64,000 nt of DNA, from assembly GCA_000004985.1 (NCBI GenBank), contig GG738922.1; one strand, given 5' to 3'. This DNA comes from Naegleria gruberi. Taxonomy: Eukaryota. The notes beneath the pieces were generated by a model. The model saw only the letters and a program-made list of their open reading frames with translations, was not told the origin of the DNA and ran no database searches. Below, piece after piece: positions 1-13,600 of this stretch (position 1 is the stretch's first letter; each line of letters begins with the position of its first letter). Made by a program: the position numbers and the translations under genes.

Positions 1-346
1 TCATCTTCTTGATGCTATTACTGTTTAAAATATTGTCACGTTTTTACTTAATTATTGGCACAGTTCAACTCATTAAACGAAAATATAGAAGCATGTGAAG
101 AAACAAGGTCCCAGTACACATTACAGATTGTATTATTTGATATATCTAGAAGTTTTAACTGAAATATAGTTTCCGCAAGTAGATACATTTTTATACCAAA
201 TTTGAATTTAAATAATTTTATTTTCTTGAACCAGGTGGTAACAGGTACGAATCTTGCACAATAAATATGTTAGCTTTCCCAGACTTCTGAACTTGAGTTT
301 ATTAATAGAATTTAATAGATCACAAAAAATAATTATTATAAAAAAA

Positions 347-1090
347 ATGTCAGCAACATCTTCATCATCTGATCAACACAATGACACTTCATCATCATCT
401 GATAATAATTTAAATAATAATTTAAATATTTTAAATAATTTAAATATTAAAGAAGAATATAAATTACCTTCATTAATAGAATTTAATAATCCATTATTTA
501 AAGAAATACATTATGGACCAACAGATACATCTAATTGGTTAATACCTAATCGTATTTTAATGTCAGCCTATCCAGGTGATTTAAATTTAGAAAAATCTAA
601 AATTAAAATATCACAATTATTAAAAAGTGGAATTAATTGTTTTGTTTGTTTACAATTAAAAGAAGAATTAAATAGATTTATACCATATAAACCATTAATT
701 GAAGAATATTGTTTATTAAATAATTTAAATATTAATAATTTTACATATTTACATTTAGAAATACCTGATAATTATGTTACAAGTGATGAAAAGGTAATGA
801 ATTTTATAAATCAAGAATTATTACCACAAATTAAAAAAGAAGAAAGTAAATGTTTAATTCATTGTTGGGGTGGACATGGTAGAACAGGTACAATATCAAG
901 TATTTTACTTAGTCACTTGTATCAATTAAATTCACAACAAGCCTTGGAAAGAGTTGCTAAAGTACATTCATGTAGAATTATTAGAAAAAGTAGAGCACCT
1001 CAATCACCTTCTCAATTTAAACAAGTTAAAAGATTATCTTTTGGTTATATTAAAAATAGTGATGATGATAGTGATGATTACGATGAATAA
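347..1090 (+). CDS. Protein-tyrosine / dual-specificity phosphatase-like protein with CX5R P-loop HCWGGHGRTG; Asn-rich N-terminal region
   Basis: ORF 254..1090 begins at TTG; the first in-frame ATG is at 347 in an A-rich context (aaaaaaaATG). The catalytic-loop motif HCWGGHGRTGT is PTEN/DSP-like. Codon usage is TTA/AAT-rich. Confidence 0.7.
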   Translation: MSATSSSSDQHNDTSSSSDNNLNNNLNILNNLNIKEEYKLPSLIEFNNPLFKEIHYGPTDTSNWLIPNRILMSAYPGDLNLEKSKIKISQLLKSGINCFVCLQLKEELNRFIPYKPLIEEYCLLNNLNINNFTYLHLEIPDNYVTSDEKVMNFINQELLPQIKKEESKCLIHCWGGHGRTGTISSILLSHLYQLNSQQALERVAKVHSCRIIRKSRAPQSPSQFKQVKRLSFGYIKNSDDDSDDYDE

Positions 1091-1167
1091 ATTATTTATC
1101 AAAAAAGTAAATTAATCGGAAGAACTTATTAAATTGAATAAATTTTATTAAAATTTAAAATAAAATT

Positions 1168-2412
1168 TTATTTAAACATTAAATCAGTTTTTAAAGTATT
1201 ACTTCTTTTTAATTCAACAGCCTTTTTATAAGGTGGATTAGTAGGAGGTTGAATAACAGGAATACCCAATACTTCATTTGTTCCAATTGAATAAGTTCTA
1301 TCTGAATCAAATCCAGATAAATCACCACATGCTAAAAATGGTACTATATATCTATCTGTTCCTAACATTGGTCCTCCATTATTTTCATTATTTTCATTTA
1401 AATTATTATTATTTTCATTATTTAAATTATTTTCATTATATTGAAAATCTAAAAGTGGATCTACCATTCTAGGAATATAATTTTTAGGTAATTTAAAACC
1501 TTTACAAACAACAAAAGATTCCAATGAAGAATTTCTAGAAGATTTAGGTTTAGCACAATAAACTCTTTCAAAGAAAATAGAACATTGTGAATATAATAAT
1601 GTTATATCTTTGCCTCTAAATATTTTAGATACAAAACTACCTCCCTCTTCTAATACATGACTTGTTATATTTAATGCTGCTAATATTAATTGTAATTGTA
1701 TATATTCATCTATATCATGCATTCCCTATTATTAATTAAATATTAAATATATTATTGTAAAATATTATTAAATATTAAATATTAAATAATATTAAATTGT
1801 AAAGTATTATTAATTAAATATTAAATAATATTATTAAAAACATACAGTAACATCAGGAGCACCATCACATACAACTAATTGAGCCTTTTTACCTTTAAAA
1901 TGATGAACAATTTCCTCTGCAGTTTTTTCACTTGTAATATCTCCTTGAATTTCAATAACTCCTTCCAATGGTGCCATTTCTTGTAAATCAACACTTACTA
2001 TTATAGCATCTTCTTCTTCTATTGTTGTTGATGATGATGTTGTTGTTATTGTATTATTAGTATTATTAGATGATGAATTATCGGATATTATTGTTGTTAT
2101 TAATTTATCATCACTATCATCATTTGTATTTATATTAATTTCATCATCATCATTATTATTTAAATTAATATCATCATTGTTATTGTTATTATTTTGTTCA
2201 TCTAAATGTTTAAATTGTTTTAATAATTTACGTTGTAATACTTGTGACCATGAACCTGGTGCAGCACATAAATCGACTGCTCTCTTAACATTTTCAAATA
2301 TATTAAATTCCTCATCAACTTGTAATAATTTAAAGGCTGATCTTGCTCTCCAACCTTCTTGTTTGGCTTTTCTATAGAATATATCTCTTTTTTCTCTTGA
2401 ATTTCTACCCAT
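1168..2412 (-). CDS. tRNA/rRNA 2'-O-ribose methyltransferase (FtsJ / TRM7 / FTSJ1 family), 2 exons: join(1846..2412,1168..1725)
   Basis: Exon 1 ([36 protein letters not shown]...VCDGAPDVT) and exon 2 ([29 protein letters not shown]...) are together collinear with TRM7/FtsJ. Donor GTATGT at 1845, acceptor aatAG at 1726, 120-nt AT-rich intron. A poly-Asn/Asp insertion sits inside exon 1. Confidence 0.85.
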
Positions 2413-2891
2413 ATTTATTTATTATTATTATTATAATGATGATGATGATGTTTGTTTGAATGTAATGTTGTTATTACTATTAAATATAATACTAGGCTTG
2501 TTATTATTATGTTGATGAAAAAGGCTTGTTGTTATTGTGATGGTGATGATGAAGGTTGGTTCTCGACAAAATTTATTCCAAAAATGCAAAATTTTAATGT
2601 TTTTAAAAAAATTAGCAAAAACATTGTGAAACTAAATGAATGGAATTTAAATTGTTAATTTAAACAAATTGATATTATAATAGTAATTTGATAATGTAAT
2701 GTTAGGATGAAACTATAGTCAACAATATTTTTGACAGTAATAACATGAACAATATATTTAGCCTTCATGTACTTAAAGTTCATGAACAATTTATCCTATC
2801 AATTGAAAAAAAGGATATTAATAATTCACAACATTAAAAAATACATCATCATCATTAACCCATATATTCTCATAATAACAATCACAATAAC

Positions 2892-4541
2892 ATGATGTGC
2901 AACAATTATAATTCAACTTCATCATCATCATCTTGTAAACAAGAACTACAAGAACAAATACAAATACCCAATGATATATGTTATGAAATATTATGTTATT
3001 TAAATTCACAACAAATTATTAAAAGTTGTTTATTAATTTCCAAACAATGGTTAAATGTAATTCTTGAAAGAATTAAAAATTTACAATTTTCATTTTTTAA
3101 AAGAGATGATTCTCCATTTTGGTTTTTAAATAGACAATTATATACTTTTAAATTTAATAACTTTAATAGTTTATTATTTAATAATATATCCTCATTGACT
3201 ATATATGGTAATGAACAATATAATTTATTTTTACCATTATTAAAATATTTTAAAAATTTAAAAATATTAAATGTTAATTGTAATCAATTAAGAGATGAAG
3301 GTACTAAAATTTTAGTTAGTGAAATAGATCAATTAACATGTTTACATTTTTCAAATAATTTTATTACTATAGAAGGAATTAAATATTTAACAAGAATGAA
3401 AAATTTAACATTTTTATCATTAGCATCAAATGCAAATAATTTAACATTAGATTCATTTAAAATATTAAGTGAAAATATGTTAAATTTAAAAATATTAAAT
3501 TTATCTGATAATTATTTATGTCAAGAAGAAGTATTTTACCAAATTAGTAAAATGATAAATATTACTAATTTAGATTTAAGTAGAAATTCTATAAAAGATT
3601 GTGGTATTAAATATATAAGTGAAATGAATGAATTAATATTTTTAAATATAACTAATTGTGAAATTAAAGAAGGTTCAAAATATTTAATCAAATTAAGAAA
3701 ATTAAAAAATTTAATAATTGAACAAAATTGTATTGGAGATGACGGTATTAAATTAATTTCTAACAATTTAAAACAATTAACAAATTTAAATATATATTAT
3801 ACTAATATTACTATAAATGGTGTTAAATATATTTGTAATGAATTAAAAGAATTAAAAGAATTAGATATTAGTAATAATAAAATTGGATTTGAAAGTTTAT
3901 TAGAAATTTCAAAATTAAAAAATTTAACAAGTCTTTCAATTAATTCTATTATTAATAATAATAATAATATTTATAATAATAATAATATTGATTGTAATAA
4001 TAATATTGAAAATATTAAATATATAAGTGAAATGAAACAATTAACATATTTAGATATATCATTTAATGATATAGGTGATGATTATATTAAATTTCTAAAT
4101 AATTTAACAAATTTAACACATCTCTCTATAGCACGTAATAATTTAACACATGAAGGTGTGAAATTTTTAAGTGAAAATATTTTTAAAAATTTAACACATC
4201 TCTCAATTGGATATAATTTAATTGGTATTGAAGGTGTTAAATTAATTACTAATAGTAGTATTGAAAATATGAAATGTTTATATATTAGTAAATCAGGAAT
4301 TGATGATGAAGGTGCTAAATATATTAGTAAATTAACAAATTTAAATAGACTTTTAATTGATGGTAATTATATTACTGAAATTGGTGCTAAATATATTGGT
4401 CAATTGAGTGAATTAACACATCTTAATATTAGTGAAAATTTTATTAAAAATGAAGGAGTTTCTTATTTGAGTAATCTTTGTAAATTAAATACTATTGATA
4501 TTAGAAGAAATGGATTGAGAAAGGAGAAGAAGAATAAATAA
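2892..4541 (+). CDS. F-box-like / leucine-rich-repeat protein (RNI-type LRRs), 549 aa
   Basis: N-terminus IPNDICYEILCYLNSQQIIKSCLLISKQWLNVIL is F-box-like. It is followed by more than 15 LRRs with L..L.L..N.I.D.G motifs typical of ribonuclease-inhibitor-like repeats. ATG at 2892. Confidence 0.8.
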   Translation: MMCNNYNSTSSSSSCKQELQEQIQIPNDICYEILCYLNSQQIIKSCLLISKQWLNVILERIKNLQFSFFKRDDSPFWFLNRQLYTFKFNNFNSLLFNNISSLTIYGNEQYNLFLPLLKYFKNLKILNVNCNQLRDEGTKILVSEIDQLTCLHFSNNFITIEGIKYLTRMKNLTFLSLASNANNLTLDSFKILSENMLNLKILNLSDNYLCQEEVFYQISKMINITNLDLSRNSIKDCGIKYISEMNELIFLNITNCEIKEGSKYLIKLRKLKNLIIEQNCIGDDGIKLISNNLKQLTNLNIYYTNITINGVKYICNELKELKELDISNNKIGFESLLEISKLKNLTSLSINSIINNNNNIYNNNNIDCNNNIENIKYISEMKQLTYLDISFNDIGDDYIKFLNNLTNLTHLSIARNNLTHEGVKFLSENIFKNLTHLSIGYNLIGIEGVKLITNSSIENMKCLYISKSGIDDEGAKYISKLTNLNRLLIDGNYITEIGAKYIGQLSELTHLNISENFIKNEGVSYLSNLCKLNTIDIRRNGLRKEKKNK

Positions 4542-4748
4542 ATAAAATCTTTAGAAAAACCTTAATATTTGTTTAATTGACTCTTATAACCTTAATGTTT
4601 TATAATCTTTGCAAATGAAATTTAAATAATAATAATAAAATTATTGTTTTTTGAAGTATCAAACATTCAATAATTGAAAATGATGAACCTAACCACTAAT
4701 AACAATTAATAATCTGTTAATTCATGTGTGTGAATAAACTAAAAAAAA

Positions 4749-6062
4749 ATGAAAGAAATTCCCTTCACATCTATTGAAGGTATAATAGTAGGACATTGTA
4801 ATGAAGGTAATAGTGGATGTACAGTTGTGTTGAGTGAAAACTCCGAAGGATTTGGATGTGGTGTTGATTGTAGAGGAGGTGCAACTGGTACAAGAGAAAC
4901 TGATTTATTAAAACCTGGAATGTTAGTTGAAAAAATACATGGTGTATGTTTTATGTATATATTTTCTTAATATATTTAATATTTAATTAATATATTTAAT
5001 TTATTAAAAAAGTGTGTAATTTCAGGAGGAAGTGCATTTGGATTAGATGCATCTTCAGGAGTAATGAAATATTTTAGAGAAAAAGGAATTGGATATCATA
5101 CAGATATATTAAATGTTCCAATTGTTTGTCAAGCTGTTTTATATGATTTACAAATGTTAAATAAGAAAGATAATACATCATTATCATTATCATCCAATGA
5201 TAATAATAATAATAATACATCATCAACATCTAATAATCAAAATAATTCAATAATTGATTTACCAAATTATTTTGAATTAGGATATAAAGCATGTAAAAAT
5301 CCAATATCTAATGATATAAATGGAAATATAGGAGCAGGAAATGGATCTACAATTGGTAAATTATTAGGAGCTAAACATTCAATGAAAGGTGGATTAGGAT
5401 GTTATGCAATTCAAGTTGATAATGAATTAAAAATTGGTGCAATGGTTGCTGTTAATTGTTTTGGTGATGTTTATGAAAATGGAAATTTAATTGCTGGATG
5501 TTATAAAATTAATGATGTTGATTCAACATCTGATTCAACAACAACTAATACATCATTATTATCTGATTCAACTATTAGTACAAATAATACTGATGATACA
5601 TCATTTAATTCTAATAATTTTAATAATTCTTCAAATGATAAATTAGTTGAATTTCTTGATAGTGAAAAGATATTAATTAAAGAATATTTACAATCTAAAG
5701 AAGAAGCCAATGCATTTGAATTATCTAAAAGAAAGCATGATATAACAAATACAACTATTGGTATTGTTGTTTGTAATGGAATATTAGATAAATCTCAATT
5801 GAATAGAATTGCAATGATGGCGCATGATGGATATGCACGTTCAATGAAACCATCTCATACTTTATATGATGGTGATACTATTTTTGTAATCTCAACTGGT
5901 ACTATTAATGTTAAACCTCCTACTAATTTAATTGGTACTTTGGCTGCACAAGTTGTTGAAAAGGCAGTTGTTAATGGTGTTAAACATGCTCAATCCATGA
6001 ATGATTTCATTTCTTTTAATGATTTAAATAATATTATTTCTACTAATAATAGTAATAAATAA
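4749..6062 (+). CDS. Peptidase S58 / DmpA (L-aminopeptidase D-Ala-esterase/amidase) family protein, 2 exons: join(4749..4941,5026..6062)
   Basis: Exon 1 IEGIIVGHCNEGNSGCTVVLSE...GVDCRGGATGTRETDLLKPGMLVEKIH plus exon 2 GGSAFGLDASSGVMKYFREKGIGYHTDILNVPIVCQAVLYDL matches the DmpA/S58 consensus. Donor GTGTATGT, acceptor tttcAG, 84-nt intron in phase 1. Asn/Ser/Thr-rich insertions present. Confidence 0.8.
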
Positions 6063-6100
6063 TAAACTCTTAGTTGTTAATAATTTGATTCAATGATTTT

Positions 6101-7147
6101 TTAATCTATTTCAATGATGGTTATATTGTTAAGATGATTATTAGTAGTGTTGTTAATGTTCATCTTTTTAGTAATGTTAGTGTTGATAGTAGTGGTATTG
6201 AGTAGATTAAGAGTGTTATGTTTCAATATAGTTGGTAATGCTACAAGCTCATTGTCATGATGTTGTAATGTGGATTGATTGAGTTTAGAATGAATTGGTT
6301 CTTCCTCAATAACATAATAAGGAATTTCATCTTTGACTATTAGAGGTGTTGGTGATGTATGAGTCATTTCTTCACTGTTAATGTTAGTTGTATCAAAATC
6401 TTCATTATCTTCATCATCTGATTCCGATTGACCAATTAAAAGAAATAATGAATGTGTTGATGGCTTTTCAGATTGTGATATCACAATATTATTAGTAGTA
6501 TCACCATTATTGATAATGACATTAGTAGTGTTAGTAGTATTATTTGTGTTTTGTGAATAATCCAAACTATCTTCACTAGTTGATTCCTGAGTTGTATCAT
6601 TACTCTCTGTAAAGAGTGCACTCAATATTGATGAGGAAAATGATGGTACAATATCACCATCACAACCTAACAAGCCTAATGGTGGTGGAAGTGGTGATGA
6701 AGGTGGTGGTGCTTTCTCTTCTTCTTGACTTGAACCACTAATTAATGCATTATGTGGTGGTAGTGGTGTAGTTATGAATGATTTGGAAGGCTTTAATTTG
6801 TGATGTAAAGTACTATTATTCTTTCGTTTCTTTCTTGGTATTTCAATTAATTCTTCTTCATCATCAGTTTCATAATCCTTATAATTGATTCTTCTTAATC
6901 CCTTTCGTTTCGGATGTTTTCTATTGGATTCGGATTCTAATTCTTCATCTTCTTCCTCATTGGATGAATATTCTTCATCATCATAATCTGAAGAACTACT
7001 ACTATCATCATCAGAAGTGGTGTCAAAATCGTCTTGTCTTATTTGTGGTAATGTATCTTTCCTAACCCAATGATCAGAGCCTTCATTTGATGTTACTACT
7101 GCTACCTTTTTACTTGTTGTCTGACTTCTGGTTACTCTTTGAGACAT
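6101..7147 (-). CDS. Hypothetical acidic Ser/Asp/Glu-rich low-complexity protein, 348 aa
   Basis: Long ORF with ATG at 7147 and Dictyostelium-like codon usage. It has poly-acidic and poly-Ser tracts with basic KR patches suggestive of nuclear localisation. No recognisable domain. Confidence 0.6.
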   Translation of the reverse strand: MSQRVTRSQTTSKKVAVVTSNEGSDHWVRKDTLPQIRQDDFDTTSDDDSSSSSDYDDEEYSSNEEEDEELESESNRKHPKRKGLRRINYKDYETDDEEELIEIPRKKRKNNSTLHHKLKPSKSFITTPLPPHNALISGSSQEEEKAPPPSSPLPPPLGLLGCDGDIVPSFSSSILSALFTESNDTTQESTSEDSLDYSQNTNNTTNTTNVIINNGDTTNNIVISQSEKPSTHSLFLLIGQSESDDEDNEDFDTTNINSEEMTHTSPTPLIVKDEIPYYVIEEEPIHSKLNQSTLQHHDNELVALPTILKHNTLNLLNTTTINTNITKKMNINNTTNNHLNNITIIEID

Positions 7148-7308
7148 TTTATTTGTTAAGGTTTATTGTAGGTAATAAAATACACAGACTTTGTTAGCCT
7201 GTGACTAATTGTAGCCTTGTAAAATCACAGCCTTGATTGAAGGATGAATGTTCTTGTGAATGATGGAAATTATTGCAATCAGTGCCATCCATCAATTCTA
7301 AAAAAAAA

Positions 7309-10300
7309 ATGAGTATTAATAATAGTATTGTTACTACACCCACTAAATCATCAGCATCATCACCAACTGATGGTACATCATTAACACCATCTCCATCATC
7401 ATTATCAACACCTCGGAATAATGTTAGTAGTAGTAGTATTACAACACCATCATCTACAACATCATCAACTTTATCAACTCCATCCACTCCATCTTCATCT
7501 TCTAGAATGACAACAATAGTTTCATCAGCTCCTATTATTAAAAAACTACCAAAACATTTACAAGATACCTTAAAATCTGGAACTAATATATCATCACTCT
7601 CTGATTGTATTAAAGAATTAATAGAAAATGCACTTGATGCACAAGCCACTAATATTGAAATTCAATTACAGGGTAAAGAATGTATCATTATTAAAGATAA
7701 TGGTCATGGTATTCATCAGGATAATTTTGAAACTCTATGTAAACGTTATTATACTCATAAATTTATGAATCATTTTAATACTTTTAATGATAATGATAAA
7801 AATGTAAATAATACCACTGATAATTTAAATAATAATGAATCATCATCTAATAATCATTCTCATAATAATAATGAAAATAATAATTATTACTATGGATATA
7901 AAGGAGAAGCATTAAATAGTATATGTAATTTAAGTAAACAAGTACATATTAAAACTAAATATGGAGATGAATCTGAATTAGGAACATATTTAATATATGA
8001 TACAAGAGGTGAAATTGTATCTAAAACATTAATTAGAATGAATAGAGGTACAATAATAACAATTCAAGATTTATTTTCAACCATTCCAGTTAGAAAGAAA
8101 TGTTTTGTTAATCAATTTGATTCACAATTTACAGATTTAAAAGAAATGTTAAAACAATTAACTTTAATACATTTTAATATTAGATTTACTATTAAGGAAG
8201 GTGAAAAAATATCATTTATTAAAAATGGAAATATTAAAAATTTAAAACAATCATTAAATACTATATTTGGAATACCTAATTTATATGATCATTTATATTT
8301 ATATTCAAATATAATATTAAATGAAGAAAATGAAAATAATATATTTTTAAATAATTTAAATTTATTTAATAATGAATTTTTATTACAAATTCATGTTCCA
8401 AATTATTCAAGTATTGTAAAATCAAATCAAATTGATTCAAATGAAAAGGAAATTAACAAATTTTTTACCACAACTAAACCTTTTATTTATGTTAATAATA
8501 GAATGATTACTAAATATGAAGAAATTCAAAAAACAATGAAAAATATTTTTTCAAATTTTNNNNNNNNNNNNNNNNNNNNNNNNNNNNNNNNNNNNNNNNN
8601 NNNNNNNNNNNNNNNNNNNNNNNNNNNNNNNNNNNNNNNNNNNNNNNNNNNNNNNNNNNNNNNNNNNNNNNNNNNNNNNNNNNNNNNNNNNNNNNNNNNN
8701 NNNNNNNNNNNNNNNNNNNNNNNNNNNNNNNNNNNNNNNNNNNNNNNNNNNNNNNNNNNNNNNNNNNNNNNNNNNNNNNNNNNNNNNNNNNNNNNNNNNN
8801 NNNNNNNNNNNNNNNNNNNNNNNNNNNNNNNNNNNNNNNNNNNNNNNNNNNNNNNNNNNNNNNNNNNNNNNNNNTAATGATTATTCTGATCAAGTTATTG
8901 ATAATCAATTAAATAATACAAGTTTAATTTCTAATAATAATAATACAAGTAAATTAATTTCTAATAATACAAGTTTAATTTCTAATAATAGTAGTAGTAG
9001 TATTATTACACAATCATCACCTTCTTCTTCTATTATGAATAATAGCAATAATAATAATGAAAGTGGTAATCATTATACATCTAATTATAGAACACCATCA
9101 CCTCAATCTAAAAGCCTTATTACCACTCTTCATAATAGTAATCATTCTAATAATACAACAACACCATCACCACCTATATTTAATAAGAGAAGTGTTATTG
9201 TAAATAATAGTGGTGGTAGTAGTGGAAGTGGTAGTGGTGGTTATAGATCTACTATTAGTGGAGGTAGTAATAGTACATCTAATTATAGTACTAATAATAA
9301 TAATAATAATAGTAGTAGAGGTAGACATATAGAATTAGATGATTCATTATTGGATGCTATGGATGATTTAATAGGTGTACCTATTTTACCAAAAAATAAT
9401 AATAATAATTCAACAATAGATTCATCTATTAATAATAATATTACTAATAATAATGGAAATAAATCTAATAATAATAATATGAATTTAAGTGATGATGAAG
9501 ATACAATAATTAAAACAGGTTTAAAAAATACATCTAACAAACAAATATTAATAACTAATAATAATAATAGCAATGATAATAATAGTACTATTAAAACAAT
9601 AGTACAACCCATTGATATAAATAAATATAAAAGTACAACACCTAATAATTCTAAAAAAAGAAAAACAATTCAAACTAAATTAACATTAGATTCATCTCAA
9701 CAACAACAACAACAATATAAATATAAAAATATAGAAATTGAAAATATTAATGAAGAATTAATATTTAAAAAACGTAAAATTTATTCAAATAATGAAAAGA
9801 AAAATTTAAAATTTGATAATGAAAATTATAAAATTAGTAAAAATGATATATTTACAAATATAGAAATTATAGGAGAATTAGAAAATAAAATAGGAATAAT
9901 ATATCATTTAAAATATTTTAAAATATATTATATTAATTTAAATATAATTAAAAGTGATTGTATTTTTAATAATTTAATGAATACATATTCATTTAAAGAT
10001 TCAATTATACCTTTACAACAACCAATTAATTTATTATTATGTAAAAATGAATTATCAAATAAGAATTTAAAATCAATTTGTGTTAAACCTGAATATCAAA
10101 ATATTTTTGAAATGAATGGTTTTAAAATTGAATTTGAAAAACAACCTTTACCAAATGAACCTACTAGAAAGAAAATTACAAAATTAAATTTAATTGGAAT
10201 TATTAATAATAATTCTTTTGGAACAAGAGAACATTATAATTATGGTTTACAAGATTTTATTGAAATTTTACAAAAAATTGAAACTTTTGAAAAGGATTTA

Positions 10301-10663
10301 TTAGAAAATGAAATTATTAAGAATATTTTAAAGGAAAAGAAGGCAACTAAATCTGAATTAATTTCGCAAGCATCAATTCAATTTAGACCCAATACAATGA
10401 TTGAATATTTTAAGAATACTGCTAAACATACTTCTTCATCTTTAGGTACAGATAGAAAATCAATTCATGAAATTTTAATGGACTTGAAAACAACTTGCTT
10501 CTTGAAATTACATCAATTTATGAGTAGACATACAGATGAAAATTTTGATGAAATTATTAATGATATTACTGGTTATTTTCATCCAATGGATTTGGGAGGT
10601 ACTAGTAGTGATACTAGTGCTGATAATAATGGAGATGTACCAAATATTGAAGAAATGATTTAA
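7309..10663 (+). CDS. MutL-family DNA mismatch repair protein (MLH/PMS-like), interrupted by scaffold gap
   Basis: The N-terminal GHKL ATPase motifs IKELIENALDAQATNIEIQL and IIKDNGHGI match MutL. ORF 7273..8877 starts at TTG; the first in-frame ATG is at 7309. The reading frame stays open on both sides of the N-run and continues to 10663. Extensive Asn-rich insertions. Confidence 0.75.
8570..8874. other. Assembly gap (305 N)
   Basis: Run of N characters inside the MutL-like CDS. Confidence 0.99.
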
Positions 10664-13600
10664 TCTTTAATAAATTGAATAGTCTTTTGCTTTGGAACTT
10701 GTGGTGATGGATTACTTGGTCTGAGTACTGGTAATGGATTGAATTTGATAATTTCCTGTGATGAAGAGCTTATCGATGAGGAAGGAGCTGAAAATTTGAG
10801 AATTGATTTTCTTATCATGTTCGTATTATTGGATTGTGCAGCTATTGTTGTTGATTGAGATGGAGAGAATAATTTTGGATTAAAATCATCTGCAATTAAA
10901 TCCTTTCTTGTTGATTCATTCATATCAGCCCATTTCAATGAATTATTCTGATTATCTCTTTTCAATAATTTTAATTTGGAATTATAACTTGGTGAACTAA
11001 CTTCTGTTGGGAATTCAAAATCGTCAAATTTACGTTTTCCTAATTGATTTAATTGATTCATTAATGTATTATTTCTAGTTGTTGGTGTATTAATTAATGA
11101 TTGATTTGAAATTGAACTAATATTTGACTTGGTTGGTGTTATAGAACTTTCACTTATTGAACTCAATGAATTTAATAATGGAACAGGTGAAATAAAAGAT
11201 GAATCTAAATTTGATGATGTTTTCATTGGTGTTTGTTCTCTCTTTGAAATTCTACTCTTAGGTGAAAGTAATAAAGATGAGGATGATAAATCATTTGATT
11301 GTTTTTGTGTTCTAGTTGTTGTTGAACTATTAATCATCATTCTATTTGAAACTAATTTAGAAATACTTGGTGATAAAATAAAACTATCTTCCTTTCTAGT
11401 ATTACGAGTATTAAATGATGGTTTTGAAAGAGGTGATGGTGAAAACATTGAAAATAAACCCAATTCTTTTGTTGATGGAATTGTTTTAGGTGTTCCAATT
11501 AAATCTAATTTTGAAATATCAAATTCAGAATTTCTTCTAGTAATTACTTTTGGTGAATTAGTACTACTAATATCATTCATATTATTATTATTTGTAATAA
11601 TAGTATTATTATTATCAATAGTTGATTTCTTTTGAATCCAATCATTTTGAATTTGTTCAATTGCTAAATCTTGTTGATTTAAAATTTCAATTTGATTCTT
11701 AATTTCATCATCTGTAATTTTATCATCAATATCAAGTAAAATCTTTTGAGTTTCCTCTTTTTGTTTTTTAATTAAAGGTTCAAAATCTAAAACTCTACAT
11801 GTAGAAGTATCAAATAAATCTTTTTCATCCACTTGTTCATCATCTTGTACATCTTCCACTTGTTTTAATTCTTCATTGAAATATTTTAATAAATTATTAT
11901 TACTTTCAAACTCATTTGATGATGCTATATTACTAATACTACTAATATCTGTTAATATATTATTATTATTATTATCAATATTATTATTATTAGCAGTATT
12001 ATTATTAGAATTATTATTAGTATTATTCAAATCATTCTTATGATTCATACTATTATCAATATTTACAACCATTGATGACTCTATAATACTATCATCACCC
12101 AATTCTTCTAATACATCTTCTGTTGTTGTTGTAATTGCTTGTGCTACTTCGCCTGTACTAATATCATCAATTACATCAAGAATATTATCCTCCTCTTCTT
12201 CTTCTTTCTCTGATTGTTTCGTTTGACTATTATCACTTAAAGATGATGAATCTGATAATGGTGATTCAGATATGTTTGCTTCAATATCTTCATTTGTTGC
12301 ACTTGTTATTTCCTTAATGATTTCATCAATTTCATCTGTTTGATCATTCTCTTCTTCAGAGAATTCTTCAATAATCTTTGGTTCTTGTTCTTCAATAATA
12401 TTTTCAAGTTCATTGTCTTCCTCTGAAGATTCCTCAATAACCTTTGGTTCCTGTTCTACAATGATATCATCATCACTTTCTTGTTGTTCCGATTTAGATT
12501 CAACAATTTGTTCAGTAGTTGTCTCTGGAGTTTCATCTTCACTATCAACCATTTCAGGAGTTTCATCAGTTTCATTTTCAATAACAACTTGCTCTTCTGC
12601 TACTTGTTCTTCATTATCAACAACTTGCCCTTCAACTACTTGTTCTTCAGTTGTAGAGTGAGCTATTACTTCTTCTTCTACTACGACCGATGGAGGCGAT
12701 AATATTGGAATTTCTTTATCCACTTCATTATTATTATCATTAACAATATTAGATGATGATTCAATTGATTCTTCGTCTTTTTCAATTGTTGTTGTTGTAG
12801 GTGATGTTACAGTAGTATTAATATTACTATCAATATTAATAATTTTACTTTCTTTAGCAAATTCTTCTTCTATTGTTGGTATTGTTGATTCACTTTCATA
12901 TTCTTCTCTGTTTCTCTTTAATGAATTTTCAGATTCAATAATGGTAGTATTATTATTATTATTAGATTCATTATCATCATCAAATTTAATTTCATTCAAT
13001 TCATCTTCATTTTTCACTATATCAATATTATTATTTACTACTACTTGTTCATTCAACTCCTCTATAATCACATGATCAGTATTTTCTACTTGTTCTTCTT
13101 GTTTCTGAATTAATTCTTGTTTTAATAAATTTAAATTTAATTTATAATCCTTTTCAATTAAATATTTTCTCATCATTGATTGTAAAGTTAAAATTGTATT
13201 TAAATCATTTTTTAAATTTACTTGTTCCATTTTACTTTTTAATAAAGATTGAATTATTAAAGTTGATTCTTTACAATCATTTAAATATTTTCTATTCGAA
13301 TGTCCTTCAATTAAATTTTCTAAATTATTTAATAATTTTAATTTTTCATTCTTTTCTAAATTAGTAAATAATCTAATATGATGTCCATTAAATATTGATT
13401 GTAATGTTGTTATACTTTCATTTAATTGTTTTCTGTTATGTAAAACTAATTGATTTCTATATAAGGATTGAATATTTTCTGAAAATTCTAATTTTGAATT
13501 AAATTCCTTTTTAATTAAATAATTTCTAATTAATGATTGTAAAATAATAATATTATTATTAATATTATTAAAATTAGTATTTTCTATTAAATTTCTAAAT

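Noticed and set aside
254-346. Upstream extensions of ORFs called from non-ATG starts (254, 7273, 15349, 20125, 26357, 61188 and others)
   Set aside because: The track translates TTG/GTG as Met. The first in-frame ATG in an A-rich context was used instead.
9000-9700. AAT/AAC trinucleotide runs as candidate microsatellite or mobile-element repeats
   Set aside because: They are in frame within coding regions and encode poly-Asn tracts; these are compositional features of the first domain rather than discrete repeat elements.
1278-13364. Many short ORFs in the first 14 kb (for example 1278..1472, 2177..2377, 3536..3766, 5501..5710, 7194..7649, 9283..9612, 11129..11635, 12413..12702, 13176..13364)
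   Set aside because: They are antisense or out-of-frame reads through AT-rich, Asn/Leu/Ile-rich low-complexity DNA, which produces stop-poor frames by chance. All lie inside better-supported genes.
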